Shown: positions 1 to 9,175, counted from the stretch's first letter. The stretch is DNA of 64,000 bases from Candidatus Palauibacter sp. (GCF_965213655.1 NZ_CBDBZT010000002.1:90624-154623), one strand, 5' to 3'. Notes: generated by a model from the letters alone, not told the origin. Program-made: numbers and translations.

Positions 1-128
1 ACGGTGGCACCGCTGGCAAGGTTCTCGTAGAGTGCGAACAACGGAATCCGCGTGCCCGAAAAGACCCAGGCTCCGCTCACCTTGCCCGGGGTCCGCTCGA
101 CGGCCGCGCAATCCTTCCAGTTCGTCAT
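1..128 (-). CDS. DUF433-domain protein, N-terminal part (gene runs off the window start)
   Basis: Minus-strand ATG at 126-128 overlaps the hsdS stop (ATGA). My translation is MTNWKDCAAVERTPGKVSGAWVFSGTRIPLFALYENLASGAT, which fits the DUF433 signature (GK.SG.WVF.GTRIP). It is absent from the ORF track because it is partial. Confidence 0.6.
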   Translation of the reverse strand, partial: MTNWKDCAAVERTPGKVSGAWVFSGTRIPLFALYENLASGAT

Positions 129-1618
129 GGTATGGCCTCCTTCGCCATCTCGTGTGCAGTTGAATGTAAGTTCGATGCGGTGGGGATGGGGTCGGCCCGG
201 TCGCGATCATCGGCGAGCGGGTCGGTCTCCGGTAGTCTGGCTGCCGCGTCTCGCGCGTCGAGCTTGCCCGTCACGACATCGGCGATCAGACGGGTGCGGT
301 ACTCGTCAAGCAACTCCAAACACGCTTCCGCCGATGCTATCAATCCCTCGATTTTCCTCACCTGGATTGCGACGTATTCCAGGACGGAGAGCTGTTCTTT
401 TTCGGGCGGCAGGAACACGGTCGTCGAGAGGAACACGTCATCATACAGACGGAGGAAACCAGCAGTCCCCGTCCCCAAGCCCGTGGAAACCCGCCGGAAG
501 TGCGAACGATAGGCCGATGTCCTCAACAGATCGCTCAAGTACTTCATTTGGAGCGGTGCCGTCTTGTCGAACACAGAGTAGTCGGGGCTGACGAGCCCAT
601 CGACACCTGAGCAGAACACGAGCCCGTTGTTGGCCTGCAAGCGATTGACCACGAGCTGTCCTACAGCGAGCTGCTTGTAGCCTACCAGCGTCCTTCCCTG
701 TGGTGGCCGGGTAAAGTGCTCAGAGTAGACCACTACTCCGTGGTCTCGCCGCAACGACAACAGCGTCTCTTCTCCGGTACTGGACCGCCGGTCGACCACG
801 CGGAGGATGGTCTTCAGGCGGCGCCTCTCCCAATGCTCCGGCACCTTTCCCAGCCACTCGACGCCGGAGTCCTTGTAGGCCGGATAGGGCTGGCCGGTTC
901 GGACATCGATCCGGCCCCTGACGGCCTCGTGGATCAGCGCCCGCTTCCGCTCCTCCAATAGCTCGACCAGCCGTTCCTTCGCCCGGATGTAGCGCCGGAT
1001 GCGACGGTCGGCGTGGTCCAAGAAACGGGCGATGGCGGTCTGTTCAGTGAGAGGTGGAAGCGGGACTCTCATCGACCTGATCGCGTTCTGCGACAGGCCA
1101 TACCGCGTCACGCCTGCTGCTGCGACCTGACATTGCCATGCTACACGGGATTCCTTCAGCGCTTGGAAGAGGTATCCTCCGTCGAGGGATGCCCCATTGG
1201 GCCTGAGCATCGCCAAGTGGTATCCGCAGACGAGATCGTGTGAGGCGTACTCAACGAGGGCTGGCACGCCAATGTCCGACCAATCCTCGGAGTCCTTGGT
1301 GATTAGCACGTCCCCCACGGCTAGCCGAAACTTCCGTATCTCCCGCTCCTTGGCAGTTCCAGCCACGAACGGAACGCGGGCACCGATCCGGTCGTTGTGG
1401 TATACGTCCACATAGTTGCACAACCGAACGGGGGATTCTCCTTCACGGATGTGCTTATCGACGTTGCTGACCCGCAAGTCGGCAACCGTCGCCATTCGCC
1501 GCACCTCCCAATGCTCCGGCACCTTCCCCAGCCACTCGACCCCGGCGTCCCTGTAGGCCGGATAGGGCCGGAGGCCGGTGGCCCTCATGCCGAGAACGGG
1601 CTTGGTGCCATCGATCAT
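125..1618 (-). CDS. hsdS: Type I restriction-modification specificity subunit HsdS (two target-recognition domains)
   Basis: 497-aa ORF. The block PYPAY(R/K)D.GVEWLGKVPEHWE is duplicated at the start of each half. Central conserved helix is VPLPPLTEQTAIARFLDHADRRIRRYIRAKERLVELLEERKRALI. Start and stop overlap the neighbouring genes. Confidence 0.9.
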   Translation of the reverse strand: MIDGTKPVLGMRATGLRPYPAYRDAGVEWLGKVPEHWEVRRMATVADLRVSNVDKHIREGESPVRLCNYVDVYHNDRIGARVPFVAGTAKEREIRKFRLAVGDVLITKDSEDWSDIGVPALVEYASHDLVCGYHLAMLRPNGASLDGGYLFQALKESRVAWQCQVAAAGVTRYGLSQNAIRSMRVPLPPLTEQTAIARFLDHADRRIRRYIRAKERLVELLEERKRALIHEAVRGRIDVRTGQPYPAYKDSGVEWLGKVPEHWERRRLKTILRVVDRRSSTGEETLLSLRRDHGVVVYSEHFTRPPQGRTLVGYKQLAVGQLVVNRLQANNGLVFCSGVDGLVSPDYSVFDKTAPLQMKYLSDLLRTSAYRSHFRRVSTGLGTGTAGFLRLYDDVFLSTTVFLPPEKEQLSVLEYVAIQVRKIEGLIASAEACLELLDEYRTRLIADVVTGKLDARDAAARLPETDPLADDRDRADPIPTASNLHSTAHEMAKEAIP

Positions 1619-3731
1619 TGAGCGGTGTCTCCGTCCCCCATCTGCTTCTCGAACGCTTGGCGCGCGAGGCCCATCACATAGGGCAACTCGCTTGGATCAC
1701 TGATGCTGGCCTCTGCATCCCCGTTCCCCCAGCGTCCAAGGTTCGTTACATCCCTGGCGAGTGCCCTTGGGTCGTGGAGTTCATGGAAGGGCATGTTCAG
1801 CGAGAGGCGTAGACGGCTCCGCAGTGGCACGACGTCAACAAAGTTGGTCTCGGCTTTGTAGGCGACGTAGAGCCTCAGGATCTCCTCGGTGACGTCGGGA
1901 TCAAGGGCCAAGAGTTCCTTGCGCAACGCGTCGAAGAGCGGCCGCATGGGACTTCTCTTGGTGAGGTTGGGGTGATCGGCAAGCGTGTATCGAGCTCGGC
2001 GCCCCTCGTTCGGTCGATACGCATCCAACACCTCGGCCGGCAGTTGAGGGGGTGCCCACACTCTTGCAGCCTTCTCGGCAAGCCGCTTCGCCCGCGCCTG
2101 GATGGCGGCTTCGTTCCAGATGTCGACAGATCTAAGACCCTCGTTCAGCCTCAGCGGGCTTTCGGCGAGACCGCCCCGCATATCGCGCTTCTCGAGGAAC
2201 GATCGGTCTCCGTACTCCGAGTTATAGCCAGTGAGCGTCAGGTTCCCGAGGGTGTGTAGCCAGGTCTCTTGCACTCGTTCCCACTCTGGGCCGAGCTCTT
2301 GCCGCCACTTGGCCGATAGATTCTCGTTTTGCGGCATGATGTGCTCAATGGTGTACTCGTCCACTGGCACGTGCTCCTTGCGGCCGTCGTTCTCGATGCG
2401 GCGCAGCCAGTAGCTACGACGCGGGAAGTTGTAGAGGTCGCGCGCGGATAGTTCGCGCTTGAATTCATGATCGCCGGGAAAGCGTCGATAGGTCGGCAAG
2501 GTCAGGAAGTGCGCCTCGATGCTCTCAAGGTAGCGGTCCTCTTGGAGCGCACGTCCGAAGGTGGCGAAAGTCTTGTTAAGAGAGTTGGTGGGAATGGCAC
2601 ACACCGCGCGGCGGAACACGTAGGCTTCGACCAACCGTACAGCCCGGACGAGGTCGTCCTTCGACAGCTTGCGCTGGTGGTATTCGTCATAGAGCTCCAA
2701 AAGGAAGGGAAAGGCCACGTCCACCTTGAGCGCCCGGATATCCTGGAACGCTGACCCGAGGTCCTTGTCGGCCTCCTTGCCGAGCGCCATCGCGCAGTAA
2801 TGCCCAGCGTACTTTTGGATGTCAGCGACCAGGGTGCCCATGCCAGCTGCCGTCACCTCGGGCGAACGGGCATGGCCTTTGAAGGCTTCGTAGACGGCCC
2901 TGATGTTCGGAATCGCACCGGTCTTGAGAGTCAAGTAGTGACGCATGAACTTGTCGAAGTGCGATCCGTAGGCCGCCTGCCCAAAGGCGACCTCCATCGG
3001 CCTCCAGTGTGCCTCGTAGAGATGCTCTTGTTGGGTGGGGTCGAGGCCCATCAGGATGAAGTTGCGGATCAGGTCGGCCTGACTGAGCGCTCGGCCGGTC
3101 GAGTTCATGCTCTCAAAGATAAGTTGCGGGTTATCCTGATCGCGACTGAGGGCGATATCCACGATCATCAGCTTTGCGATGCCCTTGCACAGCGTCGTGA
3201 GGTCGGTCGATATCTCCAGCACCCGCTTCTCGAAGAAGGCGAAGTTGTCCGTGACGCGAAGCGAGGGCTCCGCCGGTTCCGGTCGCTGTTGCACTAGGGC
3301 GAGCAGGCTCTGCTTGTCTGTCTGCGTGAGCAGGAGTTTGAAGGCGCGCTCGCCCTCTTCCAGCGGGTTTAGGAGGTAGTAGTGGCGGAGTTTTTTTGCC
3401 GAGAAACCGTCCACGGGTTCCTCGTCCCCCAGTTGCCGCGCCAAGGCTTCGAGCAGGAGCATCACGGTCGTCAGGCGCTGCTGACCATCGATGACGAGGA
3501 GCGGGGACTGGTTGGAGACTTGGTAGAGCCCTTGTTCAATGTAAACTACGGAGCCGACGAGTGAGCTGCGATGTCGTCGCTGCGGCCCGCCCGCAGGATA
3601 TCGTCCCAGAGCTGACGGCACTCGGGCTCCGTCCAGCTATAGGTGCGCTGGTAGATCGGGATCACGAATTGGGGGGACCGTTTCAGGAACTCAAGGAACT
3701 TCGCTTCAGTGGCCTTCACGATGCACTCCAC
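1615..3731 (-). pseudogene. DUF262/DUF1524 (GmrSD/BrxU-like) nuclease, reading frame broken near 3551-3570
   Basis: The 61-aa ORF 3546-3731 carries the DUF262 N-terminal motif (FVIPIYQRTYSW...LWDDIL). The 668-aa ORF 1615-3621 continues in another frame with GSVVYIEQG, VIDGQQRLTT and a C-terminal DUF1524-like HNH region (EYTIEHIMPQN). The two pieces join only through a frameshift. Confidence 0.8.
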
Positions 3732-3924
3732 TCAAGGTCGTCCCCGGCTTCCTAGACTTCGGGATGCACGCGAAGAAGGGATCCTCGCGCACCCGCCTTT
3801 CGAGCCATCGCGAGAGCTCGGCATATGACATGTCGGCGATCTCGTCGCTGATCCGATTCCTGATCTCGCGCATCGATTTCACGCAGTCGAACGGCTTCCG
3901 TTCGGCCTCACTCGTCATCTTCAA
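3706..3924 (-). CDS. Small hypothetical protein (72 aa) between the PIN and DUF262 genes
   Basis: ORF MKMTSEAERKPFDCVKSMREIRNRISDEIADMSYAELSRWLERRV... It overlaps the PIN stop by 17 nt and the DUF262 start by 26 nt, so it is operonic. I recognise no domain with certainty. Confidence 0.45.
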   Translation of the reverse strand: MKMTSEAERKPFDCVKSMREIRNRISDEIADMSYAELSRWLERRVREDPFFACIPKSRKPGTTLSGVHREGH

Positions 3925-5440
3925 GCTCCTTCGGGGTGCGAATGTCGACAGGAGGATAGCCCGACAGCTGGTTCACCTCATTGTATTGACGGATCCGGCG
4001 CAGGTTCACCATGTGCCGGAAGTTCCAGCTGGCCAGCACGTCCACCTCGGCCACGGTCGCAGCGGCAATGTGCAGGGCGTCGGCGCGCATCCCCTCGCCA
4101 AGCGCTCCGCTCTCAATATACCCATTCGCCAGGGTCTCCACTTCGCGTGTGACCTCCATTCTCTCCAGGTGTTCCGGGCCGATGGACGGCAGCACCCGGC
4201 GCACGGGCTGGGGAGCCCATAGGAGCTCGCCCGCTGTGACAGCCGAAACCACGAGCGTAACCTCTCCGTCCCGGCATCGCTCGATCAGCCGACGAGAGGG
4301 TTCACGGAACTCCTCGTCCTCGCAGCCTCCGATTACTGAGGTGTCGACGTAGACGCGGAGCTTGGTGGGAACCAGACTCTTCGCGTGTCCCAGCAAGCCC
4401 CCCAGCAACCCTTCCGTCTCGCGCTCGACCGCCAGAATGTCGTCCCCGATCTCTTCGAGCGTCCGCATCGGCTCGGGCTTGTGGAAGTATCGGTTGAAGC
4501 TGATTTCGTAGCCGATCCTCACGCTCTTCACAACGTACCACGCATCCCCGGCGTAGGGAAGTACCTCGCGCCGCAGGAACCCTTCGATCCCACCCTCTTC
4601 CTTCAACGGAATCTGCTCGGTGTCCCTGAGCGCCGTGTCAGGCTCGTACTCGATGACGCGAGTCTTCGAGCCGTCGCGAGACTCGAACAGCCCCCGGATC
4701 GGGTCGGGCGCGGTGCCTCGCCGGTGGACTCTCTTGACTACCGGCTCCGCCTTCTCGTCCCGCTCGGCCAGCGCGGTCTGCAACAGCTTCTTTCGCTTGG
4801 CGGTAAGCTTCGCGCGACAACCGGACATCTCGGCCTTGAGCACGTCGAGAAAGACGTTGAAGTCGAAGTGAGGCCCCGGGCCGAGTGTCTTGGCCGCCCG
4901 CTCCACGGCGTTCGCGAGCGGCTCCTCCCCGGCATCACGGCACGCCTCGGAGAACCCGGAGGAGCGATCGAGTGACAGATCCACCTTCAGCCTCAGCGGC
5001 CGCTCGACCGTCACCTTCCAATACCCGAACGCCTCGTTGTCGAAGACCCGGCTCTCCTCCGTCTCCTCGAAGTCGAGGAACGTCCGGCAGATCCTTCCGA
5101 TGTCCTCCGGCCCGAGTTCGCAGTTCTTCTTCCCCAGGTTCTTCCTGAGCGGACGGAACCACCTGGTCGCGTCGATCAGCTGCACCTTGCCCCGCCGGTG
5201 CTCGGACTTGCGGTTGGTCAGCACCCAGACGTAGGTGGCGATGCCGGTGTTGTAGAACATGTTGAGCGGCAGCGCGACGATGGCCTCCAGCCAGTCGCTC
5301 TCGATGATCCACCGGCGGATGTTGCTCTCGCCCTGGCCCGCCGATCCGGTGAACAGCGAACTGCCGTTGTGGACCTCGGCGATCCGGCTGCCGAGCGGGG
5401 TGTCCCGCTTCATCTTCGACAGCTTGTTGGCCAGGCATTG
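3908..5440 (-). CDS. 5'-truncated type I methyltransferase (HsdM C-terminal region) fused in frame to a PIN-domain (VapC-like) module
   Basis: The ORF 3908-5632 shows HsdM-type similarity only from about 5440 downstream (GSRIAEVHNGSSLFTGSAGQGESNIRRWIIESDWLEAIVALPLNMFYNTGIATYVWVLTNRK ... YEISFNRYFHKPEPMRTLEEI). The SAM-binding and NPPF motifs are absent. With no stop it continues into LRVYVDTSVIGG...DALHIAAATVAEVDVLASWNFRHM (PIN, 3908-4360). Confidence 0.75.
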   Translation of the reverse strand, partial: QCLANKLSKMKRDTPLGSRIAEVHNGSSLFTGSAGQGESNIRRWIIESDWLEAIVALPLNMFYNTGIATYVWVLTNRKSEHRRGKVQLIDATRWFRPLRKNLGKKNCELGPEDIGRICRTFLDFEETEESRVFDNEAFGYWKVTVERPLRLKVDLSLDRSSGFSEACRDAGEEPLANAVERAAKTLGPGPHFDFNVFLDVLKAEMSGCRAKLTAKRKKLLQTALAERDEKAEPVVKRVHRRGTAPDPIRGLFESRDGSKTRVIEYEPDTALRDTEQIPLKEEGGIEGFLRREVLPYAGDAWYVVKSVRIGYEISFNRYFHKPEPMRTLEEIGDDILAVERETEGLLGGLLGHAKSLVPTKLRVYVDTSVIGGCEDEEFREPSRRLIERCRDGEVTLVVSAVTAGELLWAPQPVRRVLPSIGPEHLERMEVTREVETLANGYIESGALGEGMRADALHIAAATVAEVDVLASWNFRHMVNLRRIRQYNEVNQLSGYPPVDIRTPKELEDDE

Positions 5441-5528
5441 ACTCCGAGTCTGGTATCTGGCTGTATCACTTGGCCTTACGGGATTTCGTGGTCCATTTCC
5501 CGCTGTTTGGTTCCCGCCAAATGAGATT

Positions 5529-6692
5529 TCAGTCGTGTGCCCCGCGACGGGCTTCCAGAGCCTTCCGAAGCTGTCCCTCGTCGGGCCTCTGGTAGCAGTT
5601 GAGCACCGTCTTGGCGTTCTTCCAGCCGCCAAGCTCGCAGAGCACTTTCAGCGGCTGGTCCATCAGGTCGCTCGCAAACTTGCGCCTCAGCGAGTGCCAT
5701 CCCCTCCGGTGCTTCCGCTCCATCCCGGCGAGTTGCTCGGCTCTGCACCACCAGATGCGCGCCTGCGACGAGCTCACGCATCCTAAGGGATACTTCGCCG
5801 AGGGCAGCACCGGCGCGTCCCCGATCCCGGGGCTCCGCCTCCACGCCTGCTTGAGCACGGCGAGCGCCTTGGCGGACAACGGGGTCCGGTGCTCGTATCC
5901 CGTCTTCTCGTGCTCGCTCCGCCACCGGATCGTTTCGCCGTCGAGGTCGATATCGGCCCACCTGAGGTGCCGGATGGCCCCGATTCGGTGCCCGGTCTCG
6001 TGCGCCAGCACGAGTGCGACGTGGAACCGCCAGCCGACCCGGCGGGACACGTCCAGAAGCGCCCGGTATTCCTTGTTCGTCACGACGACGCGAACCGGGT
6101 TCTTCTCGATGGGTTTCCTGAGACCCTTGAGCGGGTTTCTGTCGAGCAGCAGGCGGCCGTGCTCGTCTCTCGACCTCGCGGCCCAGTTGAGCACCGCCAT
6201 CAGGAACGTGAGGTCCCTTCCGATGGTCTGGTCGGACACGGGCTGACCGCTCGGACCGACTCTGCCCGCGCGCCGCGCCCGTATGAACCGGTCCCAGTCC
6301 CTTCGCGACAGCGTCTCGGGTCTTCGGTTCCGACCGAGGAAGTCGAGGAACATCGCCGTCGCCGCCCGGTCGTGCATGCGGGACGAAGACCCCTTGGTCG
6401 GCGTCACCTCCTCCCCGTAGATGTCAAAAAGCCCTTCCAGCGTGAGCGGCTCGGGTTCGGCCACGGCCTTGCCGTTGGGCTCGTACGTCGCGAGGCCTGC
6501 GGCGGCCTCGTCGGCCTGCCGCTTGGCTCTCCTCCAATCCCGGTGTTTCAGGGACCGAGTGAGCCTTCGCCCGTTCTCGCGCCACTCAATCTGGAAAATG
6601 CCGGTCTTCGGGTCGGGAAACACCCTCACCCGGTTCCGGCCCCACTCGCCAGCGCTGTAGCTGCGCCGGTCCTGCTTCGTGCGTGCCATCAT
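5529..6692 (-). CDS. Tyrosine-type site-specific integrase
   Basis: ORF with the likely start MMARTKQDRRSY (ATG 6692 or 6689). C-terminal catalytic region is HVALVLAHETGHRIGAIRHLRW...WHSLRRKFASDL...LGGWKNAKTVLNCYQRPD (R..HxxR..Y pattern). Confidence 0.88.
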   Translation of the reverse strand: MMARTKQDRRSYSAGEWGRNRVRVFPDPKTGIFQIEWRENGRRLTRSLKHRDWRRAKRQADEAAAGLATYEPNGKAVAEPEPLTLEGLFDIYGEEVTPTKGSSSRMHDRAATAMFLDFLGRNRRPETLSRRDWDRFIRARRAGRVGPSGQPVSDQTIGRDLTFLMAVLNWAARSRDEHGRLLLDRNPLKGLRKPIEKNPVRVVVTNKEYRALLDVSRRVGWRFHVALVLAHETGHRIGAIRHLRWADIDLDGETIRWRSEHEKTGYEHRTPLSAKALAVLKQAWRRSPGIGDAPVLPSAKYPLGCVSSSQARIWWCRAEQLAGMERKHRRGWHSLRRKFASDLMDQPLKVLCELGGWKNAKTVLNCYQRPDEGQLRKALEARRGAHD

Positions 6693-6784
6693 TCGATTCC
6701 TCTCGCGATGGACCGCACGATCTGCGCGCCCGAAACTTCGCTTAGCGGTGTTGCCCGCGCCAGATCCAGCCCTGCCCGTAGCCA

Positions 6785-8332
6785 TCAGCGGCTCGGACCC
6801 TGGTCGCGGTCCGGTCCCGGGCGGCGCATCAGATACGGAGACCGCGCGGTCTCGCGCCGGTGGGTATCCCGGAATACTCGGCCAAGCGTGTCGCCAGCAC
6901 GTCGAGCCGCTTGATTCGCACCTGCAAGGCTTCGTTCTCCTCGCTCTGCCGCTCGACGTGCCCTTGCAAGACTTCGACGTGCTGCTGCAAGGCTTCGACC
7001 TGCTCGGAGTGCCGCTGCTGTTCCGTTTCGTACTGCGCGCACAGCCTCCGCAAGGCCCTGGTCAACTGCTCCTCTAACGCGGTCATAGACCTCCTTTACT
7101 CGTTCAACAGCTTCAACGCCGGACGATCCCCGTCCACCCACCAGGGCGGATCGGCCAGCGCCCCATCCGGCACCACCACGAACCGCTCGCCCTTGATCTC
7201 GAGGAGCACGAGCCCCCAGGTGTCCACCTCCAGCTGGGCCAGCGTCCGCCGGGCGTCCTCGATGTCCCGGTTCAGTTCGGCGCGGGTCACGATCCGGTCC
7301 TGGATGCTGCTCGCCAACCAGCGCATTGTCGCCCAGCTTCCGCCGAAGAAACCGATCCAAAGACTCAGGCCGACGATCAGCGGCCGTTGCCACGCCCTGG
7401 CCAGCAACTCGCGCATCTTGCCGGTCGCCTCCCCCATATCGCGCTCGATGGTACGCACCGCGATCCTCGCGACGAACCGCGAGTGCTCGGCGAGCCTTTC
7501 GAGCTCGTCCACGGTCAACTCCTCGATCTCCCTGCGCTCGCTCTCCAGCCGCTTCCGCAGCCGCTCGGTCAAATCGTTCGCGTTGGAAATCAACTCCGTA
7601 CAGTTCTCCTTTCAGTCGCCACCGGTCTCCGGTCTCCGGGTCCAGCGCGGTGATGTAATCCATGCCCTGGCGCGGCACTTCGAGGCCCGCCTCCCGGAGC
7701 GCGGCGACAACATCGTGGCGGTCTTTGACCGCGCCGTGCTCGACACGCTGGAGCAGGTAGTCCCGGATCAGGTCTCGGGGGGATGATTCGAGCCGGAGCC
7801 CGGCCCGCAGCCGGGTCGCCTCGATGTAGGCGCGGTGGCCGGGGTGTTGCACTCTGGCCCGCTCCGGGTCGTCGGGTCGGCTCCAGCCGTGCTCGTGATT
7901 GAAGGCGTCGCGGAGCGGATCGAACGTCCGCTGCCATCCCGGAGGCGCGATGTTGAGGCTTCGGCCGGTCGCCAGGTCGCAGCGGGCGGCGAGGACATGG
8001 ACGTGTGCGCCTCCGCCCTCCTCCCGGTGCAGCACGGCCGCCCATGCGTAGCGGTCGGGCTCCAGCCCCGCCCAAGCCGTCTTCTCGAACTCGTCGAGCA
8101 CAGCTTCGATCTGTTCGTCGGTGGGGTGGTCCTCCGGCGCCCAGGCGATCACGCCGGAGGTGTACCTGTGCTCGAAGTCGAGCGAGTCGGCGACCGAGGC
8201 CACCATGTCCGGGTTCCCGCGCAGCACCTCGACGCCTTCGCGCAGCTTCCCGGTCGCGTCCCGCTCCCCGAGGAGGTAGCCAGCCGCCTTGCCGGCCGAG
8301 CCGGTCCCGTGCGCGAGGAACTTAATGTGCAT
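6785..8332 (-). CDS. MobA/VirD2-family relaxase; only about the first 245 codons look genuinely coding in this frame
   Basis: The N-terminus MHIKFLAHGTGSAGKAAGYLLGE...GGGAHVHVLAARCDLATGRSLNI has a histidine-triad relaxase motif. Downstream of about 7600 the frame becomes an R/G/A-rich low-complexity run with A/T-rich third codon positions. See the corresponding finding. Confidence 0.7.
   Translation of the reverse strand: MHIKFLAHGTGSAGKAAGYLLGERDATGKLREGVEVLRGNPDMVASVADSLDFEHRYTSGVIAWAPEDHPTDEQIEAVLDEFEKTAWAGLEPDRYAWAAVLHREEGGGAHVHVLAARCDLATGRSLNIAPPGWQRTFDPLRDAFNHEHGWSRPDDPERARVQHPGHRAYIEATRLRAGLRLESSPRDLIRDYLLQRVEHGAVKDRHDVVAALREAGLEVPRQGMDYITALDPETGDRWRLKGELYGVDFQRERFDRAAAEAAGERAQGDRGVDRGRARKARRALAVRREDRGAYHRARYGGGDRQDARVAGQGVATAADRRPESLDRFLRRKLGDNALVGEQHPGPDRDPRRTEPGHRGRPADAGPAGGGHLGARAPRDQGRAVRGGAGWGAGRSALVGGRGSSGVEAVERVKEVYDRVRGAVDQGLAEAVRAVRNGTAAALRAGRSLAAARRSLARARRAAERGERSLAGANQAARRAGDTLGRVFRDTHRRETARSPYLMRRPGPDRDQGPSR
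6829..7086 (-). CDS. Hypothetical coiled-coil protein (85 aa) in an alternative frame inside the relaxase ORF
   Basis: MTALEEQLTRALRRLCAQYETEQQRHSEQVEALQQHVEVLQGHVERQSEENEALQVRIKRL shows heptad-like composition, and its codon bias is better than that of the overlapping relaxase frame. Confidence 0.35.
   Translation of the reverse strand: MTALEEQLTRALRRLCAQYETEQQRHSEQVEALQQHVEVLQGHVERQSEENEALQVRIKRLDVLATRLAEYSGIPTGARPRGLRI
7096..7593 (-). CDS. Hypothetical coiled-coil/TM protein in an alternative frame inside the relaxase ORF
   Basis: 165-aa ORF with a TTG start, preceded by TGA and AAGGAG. G/C-rich third codon positions. Contains a TM segment (LIVGLSLWIGFFGGSWATMRWLA). Confidence 0.4.
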   Translation of the reverse strand: MISNANDLTERLRKRLESERREIEELTVDELERLAEHSRFVARIAVRTIERDMGEATGKMRELLARAWQRPLIVGLSLWIGFFGGSWATMRWLASSIQDRIVTRAELNRDIEDARRTLAQLEVDTWGLVLLEIKGERFVVVPDGALADPPWWVDGDRPALKLLNE

Positions 8333-8660
8333 CGCGATCCGGATTCTCGAAGCGAGCCAGCGCGCCGAGCGCGCGCTCGATGGCGACCAGACGGGCGAGA
8401 ACCTCTACGGCCTCGGCCGCCCCCTTGTGGGTGTTGGCCCACTTGGCGATCTGGTTGAGGTTGTTCCCGATCCGCGACACCTGCCGGGTGCGCTCGCGCT
8501 CGACCTCGGCCGCGCGTGCGGTCCATGTCCGTGTACGGGCCACGGCTCGCCGGATCAGCGCGGACAGCGGTACGCCGGCGGCCTTCGCCTTGGCCCGCCA
8601 GTCGGCGGACTCGCCCGGCGTGAGGCGGACGGCAACCAGAACCGGGCGGCGTCTAGCCAT
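8322..8660 (-). CDS. mobC: MobC-family relaxosome accessory protein
   Basis: 112 aa with the signature SRIGNNLNQIAKWAN. It overlaps the relaxase start by 11 nt. Confidence 0.85.
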   Translation of the reverse strand: MARRRPVLVAVRLTPGESADWRAKAKAAGVPLSALIRRAVARTRTWTARAAEVERERTRQVSRIGNNLNQIAKWANTHKGAAEAVEVLARLVAIERALGALARFENPDRDAH

Positions 8661-8899
8661 CGCGATGCGCCGTCACGGGGGGAACGGGGGCGACGCCCCC
8701 GCCCGCGCAATCCATCGGAGCGCGGGTCTGTTGGGGATCGAAGGGGCAACGTCCCTCGCCAGCCCCGCGGTTATACCGTGGGTGGCTGGCTTAGCGGCCT
8801 TAACCGCGGCAAACGAGTCCGTGGGCCGCGCCCGTGAACGGGTCGGCTCAACGCGCGGCATCCGCCTCTCCGATGCGCTCATGCGCCGCCCGGCGTCTT

Positions 8900-8929
8900 G
8901 GAGTTCGCGGTCCATGAACCGCGAACTCC
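8900..8929. promoter_or_regulatory. Perfect 12-bp inverted repeat (GGAGTTCGCGGT-CCATGA-ACCGCGAACTCC), candidate oriT hairpin
   Basis: Read directly from the sequence. It lies about 240 bp upstream of the mobC-relaxase operon in a stretch with no convincing ORF. Confidence 0.4.
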
Positions 8930-9142
8930 GGCCGTGGGCGAACGCCTCTCCCCGGCGGCATCCGAGCGCAACCGACTCGGTCCGGTGTCCCGTCAAGCCG
9001 CAGGACCCGCGCGCACCGTGGAGAGCGTCAAGATGGGCGATCCCGTCGCCCGCTTCCCTGTTGAGCGGCTGTGTCAGCGTCTCCATACCCGAGACGTTGA
9101 ACAACCGTCCTTGAGGCAGTCAACCCTTCGGAAACCTCCTCT

Positions 9143-9175
9143 TGTCCGGTAACGTTCGAGGATGTCCGGTAACGT
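9143..9175. repeat. Two direct copies of TGTCCGGTAACGT spaced 20 bp start to start (candidate protein-binding iterons or arm sites)
   Basis: Copies at 9143-9155 and 9163-9175, read directly from the sequence. Confidence 0.5.

Noticed and set aside
8673-9104. 143-aa minus-strand ORF, and several plus-strand ORFs, in the region upstream of mobC
   Set aside because: There are no motifs, the codon bias is poor, and the ORFs contain the palindromes and iterons. I treated the region as non-coding and oriT-like.
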